From Callorhinchus milii (Eukaryota): DNA of 64,000 bases. Below, in pieces: positions 1 to 12,600 of the stretch. The stretch's first letter is position 1; every line of letters begins with the position of its first letter. The stretch lies in the NCBI RefSeq assembly GCF_018977255.1, contig NW_024704742.1, positions 118,172,001 to 118,236,000 of the forward strand, in the 5' to 3' direction. Under the pieces are notes generated by a model. The model had not been told where the DNA came from, made no database searches, and saw nothing but the letters and a program-made list of their open reading frames with translations. Both the position numbers and the translations under genes were made by a program.

Positions 1-527
1 TATTGATTATGTTGCTGAAATAAAAGGCTGAATCCAAAGTGTAAGATTTCAGTTATAGACATGTGGGATATGCTCAGAATCAATATGGTACTCATCTTCC
101 AGTATATTTGAAAGAAGCCATTTCTCTCTCGTAATTATCTTAACAGAACCTAAAAATCTAGTTGCTAGTATTGACTGGACAATATGTAACAATATGTAAC
201 TAACCCAATAGATCTAAAAACAGATTATTCTATGCAGCAGATGGCCTCAATCAAGGCATCTTAATTTACAAGTCGCCCGCGGAGAATTGCCCCTGATGAA
301 CTCTGAAGATCCCCTCTTTGTCAGATGGTGTCAACCCATCATTGGGCAGCTTCTGTCAGAAGCACTGAAACAGAGGTATCTCCAAATTAGTTTACATAAC
401 CCGGTTATTTAGGCACAATTTGTCATAAAAAGTCATATAAATTAGGATTCCTCTTTGTGCCATCAGCACACTTATTTAAGTTGCACTTATTTAAAATGAA
501 TAGTAATAATCATGTTAATTTTTTTAC

Positions 528-603
528 CCCAACTATTCTCTTCATAGCCTCCAGTTTAAGGGAATCCTTGCTGCTCTCCAACATCTGATGCAGATCTTCA
601 TTT
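528..603 (-). CDS. AP3B1: AP-3 complex subunit beta-1, coding exon 2 (gene continues beyond left edge of window)
   Basis: Minus strand reads ccag|A AAT GAA GAT CTG CAT CAG ATG TTG GAG AGC AGC AAG GAT TCC CTT AAA CTG GAG GCT ATG AAG AGA ATA GTT GGG|gtaaaa = (K)NEDLHQMLESSKDSLKLEAMKRIVG. This matches human NEDLKQMLESNKDSAKLDAMKRIVG. 76 nt, AG/GT flanks, phase-2 start fits exon 1. Confidence 0.96.
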
Positions 604-899
604 CTGGAGTAAAAAAGGAAAAAAGATTACTCCTACACCCACATATTCAACTACACAGAAAATAAGGAATAGGAAATTGCTTAAGGGTTCAAAAATGGCT
701 CCCACAATGCCCTTAATGGGTAAGGTATTAACAGGTACAATACTGGACTACACAATAAAAGATTGCAGGTACGAAATTTGGGTGTGTGTTAGTTTGCTGA
801 TTCTAGTGACCATGGAAGATTGAAGGGCAAAAATCAGTCAGGATTTCTGCTACTGATGGCTATCGAGAAAGTACTCCCAAAAGCTGAACCGTAAGTAGA

Positions 900-1848
900 T
901 ACAATACAAAATTACATTTGTATAGTACCTTTCACGTCAGGAGGACATAGCAAGGCGCTGGACAGTCAGGGATTTGGACCCGGGCTGGGGGTCGGGATCA
1001 GAGAGGGTAGAGGTCAGGGTGGGTAGCCAAAGAGGAGGGTTTTTAGACGAGCCTTGAAGGAGGCAAGGAAGAACCGAGGCGAAGGGAATATGGGATTGAT
1101 ATTCCATAGGGTGAGGGCAGCAAGGCTGAAGGCCCGACCGATGATGGTGGGGCGGGCTGGGAGGGGGAATTGTGGAAAAGGCCACAGCCTGCTGAAAGGA
1201 GGGAGTGGATAGATTGATATGGGGTCAGCAGGTCACAGCGTTAGGGAGGAGCAAATCGTGGAGGGCCTTGAAGGCGAGGACGAGATTTGTGAACTCTATC
1301 CTCTGGGGGATGGGGAGCCAGTGGATCCGGACAAGGGTGGGATTGATGGGGTCACGGAGCCTGGTGCGGGTGGACGCCAACTGCAGACTTCTGGATGATC
1401 TGTAATTTGTGGAGATTTGGGGAGGTGGACAAGCAGTGAATTGACATAGTCGAGCCTAGATGTGATGAATGCGTGATGAGGGATTCAGCGGCCTGTGGGG
1501 TGAGGCAGTGGTGGAGCCGGGCGATGTTGCGGAGATGGGGGTTATGGCACTGATGTGGAGTAGAAAGGACAGTTGAGGGTCAAACAAGACGCCAAGGTCC
1601 TGGACTGGCTCAGTGAGGTGGAGTGTTCACCTCTGGATATCATGAATGCGTGGACGAGGGTTTTGGCGGCCTGAGGTCTGGAGGCGGTGACAACCAGGAG
1701 AGCCTCGGTTTTGTGGACATTCAACTGTAGAAAGCTAGCTCTAATCCAGGACTTGATGTCTGACAGATATTCTGTCAGGACAGCAGTGGTTCTGGAGTCG
1801 AGCATGTAGGCAGAGATATAAAGTTGGGTGTCATCTGCATACATGTGA
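900..1848 (-). mobile_element. L2-clade LINE 3' fragment(s), internally deleted
   Basis: MYADDTQLY RT motif at about 1844, SFLQLNVHKTE, and the family 3' tail at 900-965. Confidence 0.9.
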
Positions 1849-2518
1849 AGACAAGATTATTGGGCAATGACATTTTTACACAAAAAATGGCCAATTTCAG
1901 GGTTATTGGGTCGTCATCGATGTCACTTCTTGCTATGCGCATGCGCAGTAAACAAAAAGTGACTCCAGCAATGACACAATGACCTAAGTCATCAGGTCTT
2001 GATAAACTTTCTTCCTCAATGAAGTGCTGTCCATGATGTCCATTATTTCTGAGAAAGAAGGAAGTTTCTCCCAGTGCCCTGGCCAAACAATTCCCTAAAT
2101 AAATTCATCCCTCACTCCCTGGCTGTTTGTGGAAGATTCCGTACGGAAACTGGCTGATGCATTCGCCATCAAAATACACACAGTCACTGCACTTTGCAGT
2201 ATATCCTGAAACGCGTTTTGAAACAACAATGAAATAAGGTGCTACAGTACAAAAGTACATTTGTAAAGTGCTTTTCACATCGGGAGGACGTCCATTTTGC
2301 TATATCAAAATGCAAGGATTATTATTTATAACATGTGCAGCCAACAGGAAATGACCATTTCTTAACTGTGCCACAGTGCTGTTCCCGATGGAAAAATCTA
2401 AAATGTCTGACAAATTCTCAACAGGGATATTTTGTAGCGATCTGAAGAAAGAATATTAACAGTTAAAAGGTTAGCTTCAACATAATGACCACAATCATTT
2501 GATCTAGCATAAACATAC

Positions 2519-2643
2519 CCAATCAAACACGGTTCATTTCCGCAGTTGCTCTCACTCAGTCCCTGTTCCTCTGGACTCTGGGATGGGCTCAGCGTTAGTT
2601 GAAGAGTATCTGCAACCAACAGCATATTCTTCACCGAAGCCAT
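2519..2643 (-). CDS. AP3B1: Candidate alternative first coding exon of AP3B1 (MASVKNMLLVADTLQLTLSPSQSPEEQGLSESNCGNEPCLIG)
   Basis: Strong Kozak context GCAATGG at 2643; open for 41 codons + 2 nt; ends at a GG|GTATGT donor in phase 2, the phase exon 2 requires. Non-repetitive sequence. No transcript evidence available. Confidence 0.5.
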
Positions 2644-3914
2644 TGCATCTAGTCAGACTGGTCTTAACTATAGGAATGGGTTTCTGAATCCTACTGCTTC
2701 TCCAACAGCATACTGTGCATGGCACAGTATCAGTCACATGATCATACAACCTGTGATAGGTTAAAACACCCTACATTTACAGTAGCGCCTTTAAAATATT
2801 CCAATTCTTGGAACTGCTTCCCTTTGTAAACATTCCACTGCTATCACTAAGTCACAATATCCCTTTTGCACATTTTGGAACTTAATCAGAACAATTCTTC
2901 CTGTCTCAATGACCTCTAAAATCTGAGTTTTAAAAATATACGGCAACTAAGTGCAATTTGCTAGATTATGTTGCAACAATGTTGTATAAAGAAAATGAAC
3001 ACTGATAAAAGTTTTTTTAATTTCAACTAAAAGCACTGAGAATATTAAAATACTTGATGAAATCAAATTTGTTTGCAGAACTACCCCTAATAAAGCAATC
3101 AGTAAAAGTTATCGGTTTTGATCAAAAAACAAAAAAAGGTCGTAAAACCACCACAAAGTAACAAAGCACTGAAACAAAAGACGCTTTCTAGAAGCAACAG
3201 CAGGGAGTGTTCTGAATATGTGGCCTGCGAATTGTTCAACAGGTATTGCACAATAAATAAGGTGAAGGCTTGGTCCAATTTAATAGACAAGCGACTCAAA
3301 CTTTTCTGCATTCCTGTAAAATAATTATTAGCTTATCCACAAGCCACTGCTTTCATTTTGCTGCTTCATTACACTTATCCTTCTCAGACATCAGAGTCTG
3401 GTTATTATTGGCTGCCTGCCATGTTTGCCTACAGAAAGCAGTCACTCCACTTTAGAGGAAGTCCTGCGAAATGCTTTGAAGTGGTTTCCCAAGGTGTAAT
3501 ATCACTTTAAGGGTTAAAGCACAATTAAGAAAAAGCCAATGAGACAAAGACAGGAAGTATAAAAGATTTCTGGGAGTGGAATAAATATGTTTATGGTTAA
3601 TGGTTTGGAGAGCTTTGAGTAGAGAATAAAGAAACTTAAGATCACACTTGTATGTACTCTGGATTGGGTGTTATTACAAAAGGCACCAAGGATATCATCA
3701 GACTACAAGATGAGAGAAAATCACGTGGATTATTTACAAAAAGGTTTTCATGCGCTGAGGGTAGAAAAAGATCGGGAAGTGAGCAGAGTTCCAGCTGACA
3801 GGCCTGAGAGACATCGAACATCTAAGCAGTTGCTGGAATTGCAAGATGCAAATCCTTTTGCGTATCTTGGAAATTAGACTCCATTGCACCCGTGATTTCC
3901 TGATCTTGTAGTTG

Positions 3915-4991
3915 AGAACAGGCTTACCCTTAGGTAGTTAACTTCCACATGTATGCGGATGACACCCAACTCTACCTTTCCTCCTCTACTCTCAACTCCA
4001 CGACCACCGATGTCCTGACAGCTGCCTGTCCGACATCGAGTCCTGGACGATAGACAACTTTCTTCAGCTCAACGTGCGTAAACCTGAGGCCCTCCTGATT
4101 GGCTCACGTCAGCGCCTCCGCACCTCAGGCGCTGACAGCATCAGCATCCAAGGCTGCACTCTCCACCTCTCAAAGACAGTCAGGAACCTTGGGGTTCTGT
4201 TCGACCCTGAGCTGTCCTTTCTCCCTCATATCCGCTCCACAACTGGCACCGCCTTCCATCACCTCCGGAACATCGCCAGATTACGGCACTACCTCACCCC
4301 TCACGCTGCTGAAACACTGGTCCACGCCTTTGTCACCTCAAGGCTGGACTATGGGAACTCTCTCCTCGTCGGCCTTCCCGCCACCTCCCTCCACAAGCTG
4401 CAGGTCATTCAGAACTCTGCAGCTCGTGTACTGTCCCGCACCAGGCTTCGGGACCACATCACTCCCACCCTCGCTCGCCTCCACTGGCTCCCCATCCCCC
4501 AGAGGATCGAATTCAAGATCCTCATCCTCACCTACAAGGCCATTCACGGCCTTGCTCCCTCCTACCTCTCCAACCTACTATCCCCCTACCCACCTGCCCG
4601 TACCCTCCGTTCCTCTGGCTCCGGTCTGCTCCACATCCCCCGCCCCAACCGCCCTACCATCGGTGGTCGGGCCTTCAGCCTCTCAGCCCCAGGCTCTGGA
4701 ACTCCATCCCCCAGTGCCTTCGCCGCCTCCTCCCTTTCCTCCTTCAAGGCCGGTCTCAAAACCTTTCTCTTTGACCGTGCCTTCAGCTCCCCTCTCGACT
4801 CTCTACCCCTCCTCGCTCCCTCCCTTCCCTCCCCTCACCCTGACCATTTCCCCCTCCTCGCTCCCTCCCTTCCCTCCCCTCACCCTGACCATTTCCCCCC
4901 TGCTCGGGTCATGACCCAACTGTGCAGCGCCTTGGGACGTCCTCCTGATGTGAAAGGCGCTTTATAAATGGAATCTTGTTGTTGTTGTTGT
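3915..4991 (+). mobile_element. Young 5'-truncated L2-clade LINE (CmiLINE-like)
   Basis: FHMYADDTQLY at about 3944; long ORF 4074-4967 with RNLGVLFDPELSF, SRLDYGNSLL, LHWLPI; stem-loop tail plus (TTG)n. Confidence 0.95.
4806..4895 (+). repeat. 45-bp tandem duplication in the L2 3' UTR
   Basis: cccctcctcgctccctcccttccctcccctcaccctgaccatttc occurs twice here and once in the sister copy near 20655-20700. Confidence 0.9.
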
Positions 4992-5809
4992 TGGGTCAAC
5001 TTCTCAGAAACCAAATATTTTTGATGGTTGCCCAGGCATGCAAAATAAGACCTTACTGTAGAGCAAGTGCATTCGCAGCCGTCAACCACAATAGAAATGT
5101 GCCATCAGATTTGTCAATTCTTTTGAATTGGTGCATGAGGCACCCATGTGGATTGAACTTTGCTAGTGGTACTTGCAATAGAAAACTCAACAAAACACAC
5201 TCCACTGTTCACTTAGCAATGCATTGGTCAGAAATGTATTCGCTCAATGTTTTATCAGCACATAAAGCAAAGTTATCTAAAACTGTCCAAACCTTTGGCC
5301 AATAGGTATGCTTTGTTCCCTCCCCTATATCAGTGATCTCCACTACTCTTGTTTTTTCAGCATTTATCAGCTTCTTTCAGACTGCAAGTACTACTTTCAT
5401 TGCTCTTACAAAGCAGTGGCCAAGTCACTAACCAAACGGCTATTTCTTACCTTTGACTACTCAACTCTTAGCCCTTTATCATCTATAAAATAGATAGTGG
5501 GCAAGGTTCACTGCCTCCTCAGATCTCAAGTGTAATTCCTGTTGTTAAAAGAAGCTTTCATGAAGCTTAGTTTTCTTTTGTTCCAACCACTCCCTTTCCC
5601 TTCAACAACAATGACTCTTGTCGGGCTCTGGAGGGTATCATATGTATTTTCCACGTGAAGTCACGGGATAACAATTGGAGCAGAAACCCTGGCTGATTTT
5701 ACCACATTCAAAGCAGAGTGCAAAAGCCAACTGCAGAACCCCAATGTTGTGCTGGTTCAGATAATTAACTCAGCACATAAAAGAATTCCAACCGCGAACT
5801 TTTGATCCA

Positions 5810-6125
5810 CAAGACAACCTCGTTAAAAGATGCCCCCTTATAAGCCAACCTACTTATAAGGCAGGTACCCCGGAGCTTCTCATACGCTAAAAAAGGCAAT
5901 TTCTGGGGTTTTTTAAGCCACTTCACAAAGTTTTCAGCCACTTCACAATGGCGATCTCACAACCCATAAATCAGCGTCTTTCAGCATGGGAAGCTGGTTG
6001 GAACATACAGGACGTGACATCGGCAACAACCTGATCACCCTAGATTCAGCCATTTTTTTCACACAATGTTATAACTCAGGACCCCAAGCCATTCGATTAT
6101 GATATAACAGAGTTGTGTTTTATAT
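5810..6125. mobile_element. Degenerate Tigger/pogo-like MITE
   Basis: Imperfect terminal inverted repeats acaacctcgttaaaa ... tataacagagttgt with recurring ttataa/ttataac motifs. Confidence 0.4.
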
Positions 6126-6591
6126 GACTGAGTGGTACACTATTCCCCACAAAATCATTAGAACAGTTAATTAATAATCTTCTACACACAAGTTCCACTG
6201 CTTCCCCTCTGTTCGCCTCAAAAAATACAGTCACAATACTTCACAGTAACCCCTGTGAAACAGATATTCTTCTGACTTGAATGTGCTACATCAAATGCAA
6301 ATATCTTTATTATTAATAATAATAAATAATATTTCTATCCAGATCAAAGTGCTTCACACTGGGAACTATAATCCATTGATTGCAAAAATGTTTATAGTTA
6401 AGTATTCATAATGGAAATTCCACTCAAAAGGAGTATGGGGAAAGGGTAGGTCAATGGGACTTGAAAGGTTTGCCCTTAAAAGAGCCACAAATGGCCTTCT
6501 TTTGTGCTGTAAATTTATATGGTTCTAAAAATGTTTTTAAAAAATGCCATTACAGCATTAGCATCAAAGAGATGATCTTCCAATGTCCTCT

Positions 6592-7056
6592 GCAGGTAAC
6601 TCTGCAGCTCGTATGCTCTCGCACACCAGGCTCCGTGACCCCATCACCCTCGCCCGACTCCACCGGCTCCCCATCCCTCAGAGGATCAAATTCAAGATCC
6701 TCGGTCTCACTTTCAAGGTCATCCATGGCCTTCTCCCCTCCTATTTCTCTGACTCCCTACCAACCTGCCCGCTCCCTCCGTTCAGTGGACTCCAGCCTGC
6801 TCCATGTCTCCCAGCCGAACATCGGTGGCCGGGCTTTCAGCCTCTCTGCCTTCATCTCGCTTCCTCCCTTGCCTCCTTCTAGGCCGGTCTCAAGATCCTC
6901 CTCTTCGATCGTACCTTCAGTCCCCCTCCCACCTCTCTGCCTTCCCTCACCCCTACCCCACCCCTCCCCCATGCTCGGGTCCTGACCCGACTGTCCAGCA
7001 CATTGGGACGTCCTCCCGACATGAAAGGCACTCTATAAATGTAATTTTGTTGTTGT
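6592..7056 (+). mobile_element. L2 LINE 3' fragment
   Basis: NSAARMLSHTRLRDPITLARLHRLPIPQRIKFKIL plus family tail ending ttgttgttg. Confidence 0.9.
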
Positions 7057-7139
7057 CCTTAAAGACTCCCAACTTGTCTGCTATTATCTGTACTTCCCAA
7101 CTTGCCGCTCACTCTAGCCCCTGCTGTTGTATGAATAAA

Positions 7140-10100
7140 TATATTCCAGTGTTCAAAAAACTAATGCACATTAACCAAACTCTCACCTATTTCTAACCAG
7201 AATCAAACCTATAGTATTTACTTGAGATTCCTTGGGTGTTGTTCACTCTCCAATTTAACTTAACCAACCTGCTGCACTGTGGAATGCTCTCGGAATAAGA
7301 GTGGCAGGGAGATAGTGTGGGCAAACTCAGGACTTGCTTCGTCTTATTTATAGATTATATTTAACAGATGATTTTATTGATAGGTTATTTTATTATGTAA
7401 TTGAGAGCTGCAATCAACCTCAGGCTATAATAGAATTTAATTTAATTTTTGACAAAATCATTGAATCAAATCTAACCCACATTTCATTTCTTCATATTAT
7501 ATCCCCCATTATCTTACTGTAATTAATCTTCACCATATGTTTGAAAGCATACTCACCCAATCCCTAAATATTTAATCTGTTTCTCCTTCCATATGAATCA
7601 ATCCGCCTTAATCACTTCTCATTGGTGACTCTCAGTTATGCCTGAGGTTAACAGAAAATCTTTTTGAACCAAGAGTTCAAATGATCTTCAAAGCTGGGCT
7701 TATGAGAAATGGTTGTGTTACAATCATACAATTCCCTGGAAAATGGCAAGTCAAAAATAATTTATTTATATTGATTCTCCTCATTGCATCCTACAATGTA
7801 TTCCAATTGAGCTGAATGAATTAATACATTTCAAAAGACAAACCAATTCCAGTGTTCAAAGAACTCCTAGAACACATTAACCAGACTCGCACCTATTTCT
7901 AACCAGAGTCTCGTCTTTTGTATTTACTTGAAGTTTCCTTGGGTTCTGATAACTCAATAAGATGTACAGAACAGCTATTCCTCTTGAGAGTCGTCACTGG
8001 TGAGTGAGTTGGAGGGAGAGAGTATCAGAAAAGCTGGACACCTACTTCTGTTGAGTACATTTTCTAGTAGTGCTCAAACTAAACCACAAATCACCAGCAT
8101 TTTGTTTTAACTAACTAAATTTGATGAAGAATTTTTCTAAGTAGGTATGGTGAATTCTTGTTTATATAAGAATTCTTCAACCAAGTATTTTTTTCACACT
8201 GGGTGCCTCAACGATTCAATGGTCAGCTTGGCTAAGTTGGTACCATTCTTGCAAATCGGTTGCTCTTTGTAAGATATGCTACCTTTTTGCAATGGTTTGA
8301 CTGCCATCTTCTCCAATGTTATGATACTTTCCAATCTTTCACCGCTTTCTATATGAATGGGCTTCAGTCTTTACCACTCAGTGACCATCAAACTTCAATT
8401 GTCAAACTTGGAATTTAAAAGATCACAATCAACAGCACTAAACATACAGGCCAATTATCGCAGTTAACTATGCAAGTGTAGGCCATGAAATATTCATCAT
8501 GAAGATAAAATTACATTCTAATTGTTGAAACTATTTTTCCTTTTGTTCAGTCTGCATTTAGAATGGCTTGAACGTTCTGCAATTTTCCAAAGAAGAAATG
8601 CATCCAGTAATGAGATTGTGCTAATGTGACAAAACATATTAAAAGGGAGTAGGGAAAGAGAGAGGAGAGAAAACTCAGAATACAAATTAGTCTTGTGATA
8701 ACACTCAGTTGTTGGTCTTTAGAGAATAGCCACCATCTTGCAATTTTCTCAGCTGAGGGGAGTAAACAGTGAGTAATATAATTAACCTGAACAATTAGCG
8801 TGAGAACTTAATACAGAGAAAAAAAATCGAGTGTGACAATGGCCAGAAAAGAAAACAATATTAGAAATGTGGTACTGATGATTCTATAAACACTGGACTA
8901 GAGTTCAATGTTTGGCAATGAGGAGGAAAGGAAGGAACCGTTGAACATTTCCAAATTTCAATCTTATAGGATGTAAAATGTTTTCACATGCTTATGATAC
9001 TCGGGTAGCATTTAAATTTCTTGCTTTACAAACTGTACTTAACAGCTGAGGATGTAAAGGACAAAAAAGTCTTAAGAAGAAACTTGATTTGAATGGTTTC
9101 CTATCTCAGCACAGTCATGATAATGTGCAAAAACACAATACTGGCATTGATACAGTACTCCATTGTAATGTTATTCAAATCTCTGATATGGAGCTACAGT
9201 TGAGCACACAAGTTATTCAAAGGATGAATTCAGAAATATGAGAGAAAGGCGTCACTGCATTGCGATAAGGAGAAAATCCAGTATAGCACAACTCTGGCAC
9301 AGGAGAACAGATAGTCAGAAAAAAAATCTTATTCATGCACAGTGGAAACCACATTCTGTAGTTGTGAATGAAGCTACATATACACTGAAGGTGAGCCAAC
9401 TAACTTGCTTTATCTTTTATGTTGTATTAGACACTGGATTTTTCTTTTTCCAATCTCTCCTCCAACTTCTCTTTTTCTGAAGCCATTTGGGATAGGATTC
9501 TACAAGCAACAACTGTTCAGTAGATGGCTCAAGTAACTTGGTTTCATGTGTAAACATGCAAACCATGCAAGTTTGTAGGTTAGTTAATCCAACCACTCTT
9601 ACCTTTACATTCAATGGTAAAGTTACATATATTTTTATAATAATACCAAATATGAAAGCCCTAACTGGTGTAGTTTGACGAGCAGCAGAAAGCTTGCCAA
9701 ACAGTGCTATCAGTTTTATATAAGTCTTATATAAAACTGATAGCGCTGCTTTTGTCATATAAAACTGATACCCCATTTGCCTGTACTTGGTCTTGAAAAA
9801 CTGAATTCCTGTTGTTCATTATTATATCTGCCATCCAACTACTATAGATCCCAGTGCTCTACTATCAGAATTAAGTTCACAAACCGTTTTTCTCAGTTGA
9901 ATAAACAGCCCTCCTATCACCTTGCTTCCTTTCATCATATATTCTTTCAGGTATATTCTTACAATGATGGTATTATTAGGCTTTTTATTTTACATTCCTT
10001 ATAAATCTACTAGTATTGGCTGATTCTGCAGTCAATTGGCACCATCTTGTGGAAGAACAGAAATCTGCAATTTATGCTTTTTTGATTGTGTGAAACAGTT

Positions 10101-10720
10101 AAGATATCATTCACTCCTAATAGTGAAACACAACTTATAATATCCCGGTCCACACCTCATTGGAGACAAAGAACATCCACCAACAGAGCTACTAAATATA
10201 GATTTTAGAAAAAGTAAACATTACAGATTACTTGTATAATATGTAGAAGAGAAACACAATTTACAATTCGATTCACAAATCTCAAAATACTACTTGTAAA
10301 TTATACAGCAGTTCTGTGCAAATCCCACAAAACAATGTCATAGCTTGCCAAAGATCACGGATGGTTCATAACAGGAAAAAAAGGGGAACTGCTAAGAAAA
10401 TATATTCTATAGAAGAACTTCAGAGTTTAGACTTTAAGTTCAAGCTTTACCTGTACCAGCGTGACATCTAATCTCATTCTGTTGCTGCTTTTAACTTATG
10501 TCTTCTCATAGATCTCAAAAAAGTGCCAACATTTCTCATCGTGATAAAGCCAGTTACTAATAGAAGGAAGCTGCAGCCTGTTAAAATGTAAACCAATTCT
10601 AGATTTTTTCTGAATATAGAAATGTGTTTTTTTCTAGATCCCAGGAGTTGAAGGAAGATAGTTTGTGGAATGTCATAGGGGTGTGTGCTAAGACCTTTTT
10701 TTATACATAACCTCAACTCG
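7140..10720 (-). mobile_element. Very old, fragmented L1/Tx1-like ORF2 relics (at least two pieces)
   Basis: Minus-strand remnants: SRI(G)YIL endonuclease-like motif near 10590, RT-like segments at 9430-9760, C-terminal-like VTEW*RLKPIHIE...IITLEKM near 8300-8385, and a clear FIWKEKQIKYLGI at about 7560-7598. Many stops and frameshifts. Confidence 0.5.
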
Positions 10721-10754
10721 GAAATATGTTTGTGGATTATACCACACTAGTATA

Positions 10755-11410
10755 GTGAATAGTGATGAAGATGGCAAGAGACTGCAAGAGGATTTCAACA
10801 GATCAGCGCAATGGGCTAATCAGTGGAATGAAATTGAATGAAATGAGAGGCAATTCATTTTGGAAGAAAAAATGAGGGGAGTGTATATTGAATGGCAGCA
10901 TCTTACAAGCAGCTTGGAGCAAAGAGATTTGGAGTGCAGGAAACTAAGGCATCGTAAGTGGTAAAGGCTATAAAGAAAGCTAATAGCATCCTGGGTTTTC
11001 TTCACAACAGCATAGAGTACAAAAGCAAAGCAATAATACCAAAGTTTGTACAAACTATTGGTTAGTACACAACTGGAGTACTACAATAGTTTGTACAACC
11101 TTGGGCATGTTTCCTTATTCCACTACATTTCTGTTTACCGAGCAGTAAGTAGAAACCCAGTTATTAGTCGATGGATCGCTTTTCCGGGGGTAATAATCCG
11201 GGGGTAATGTGGGACACCTCTATGCACAATTGGCTGCCACGTTTCGCCCACAAAATATAAAGACAATTGACTTTACAGTATATTCTGTGATGCGCTTTGA
11301 GGCGTCTAGAAGATGGGATCAGGTGCTATATCAAATGCAAGGATTATTATTATTGGGACAGAGAAGGCTGAGGGGGAACCTGATAGAGGTGTGACAAAGT
11401 GATGAGGGTG
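10755..11410 (+). mobile_element. CR1 LINE fragment interrupted by a SINE (11097-11353)
   Basis: CR1 RT C-terminal motifs (LQED, EQRDLGV, IKKANSILGF, LVxxQLEY) resume after the SINE with RRLRGNLIEV. Confidence 0.8.
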
Positions 11411-12044
11411 TTTTATATGGCAGGAGCTCTCAAGCTTTGTCATAGTGAGCCTCCCTAAGCTTAGAAAAAAAACATTCCACTTCCCCATAGCTTACTAAGA
11501 CAATTCCAGGGCTGCATAATGCAATTTCCTAGAACTTCACCACATACACACTATTTTCGCCTTCTGGGGTTTGCTAGAACCTCTGCTGCTGACAATTTTC
11601 TCTTGTGAGATATCGGTACGTTTGTCTTCCTTTGTCACAAAACGATCCATTTCTGCAAAATTTTTCTTACAACTTTTTTTTTAAATCTTTCTTTAAAAAA
11701 GGATCCCCAACTGCATACGTCCCATTTTTTAAAAAAATCTGAATCTGTGAGCGCGGAAATCGTCTGGGCTGTCTGCATGCATGTGCCAGCCTCGCAAGAA
11801 TGGTTCTCGTATTAACCTTGAGGGAGGCCGGCGCATGCTCACACAGCCCAGCTTCTTCCCTGCTCCAAATGAATGGAGCCCGTTGTGTGTTAAAGATTAG
11901 CAACACGAGTAGTTGAGATGTCATAAACTAGTACAGATAAAATGCTTGAGCTGAACATCTCAATTCTGAAGTTTGTCTGTTGAATACAGAATTATATAAA
12001 ACCCTTAACTTCTCTGCATTCCCACTTTCTCATATGAAATTGCT

Positions 12045-12600
12045 ATGGCTTCTTGAGAAGTCACCTCCTGCCTCGACTACTCAAATACCCTCCTTGCCAG
12101 TCTCCCCAGCTCCATTATCCACAAAATTCCAGTTAATTCAAACTCTGCCATCCATATACTCACCCGCACTAAACTCTGCACCCCCATCACACCAGTTCTT
12201 GACAGGTTCCATTGGTTCCCTATCCCCGAACAGATCGATTTCAAAATCCTCACATTCATCTTCAAATCCCCATCCCACCTTTCCAACCTGCTTACTCCCC
12301 AACTCAAGACCCGCTGCCTCTGCTTGACTGGCTCGGGCCTCCTGCTTGTCCCTCGTGCCCCCCGTTCCACCTGCAATGGCTGCGTTTTCCACCACTACGC
12401 CACAAAACTCTGGAACACTCTTCCTTTATCCCTCTTCTTGCCCCCTCCTTCCCCATCTTCAGGTCACGCCTTAAGATCTTCCTCTGCGACTGTGCCTACA
12501 ATCACCTCCCCCCGGGTTGGGATCATGCTCTGCCACTGTCAAGTGCTCTGGGACGCTACCCTGCATTAGGGGCACGATATAAATGCAGGTTGTTGTTGTC
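12045..12600 (+). mobile_element. Older L2 LINE 3' fragment
   Basis: KFQLIQT, HWFPIPEQIDFKILT, KLWNTLP and tail ataaatgcaggttgttgttg. Confidence 0.8.

Noticed and set aside
4074-4967. Long ORFs 4074-4967, 19973-20716 and 48568-49569 as host genes
   Set aside because: They are C-terminal parts of L2 reverse transcriptase in 5'-truncated copies. The overlapping Pro/Ser-rich ORFs are alternate frames of the same repeats.
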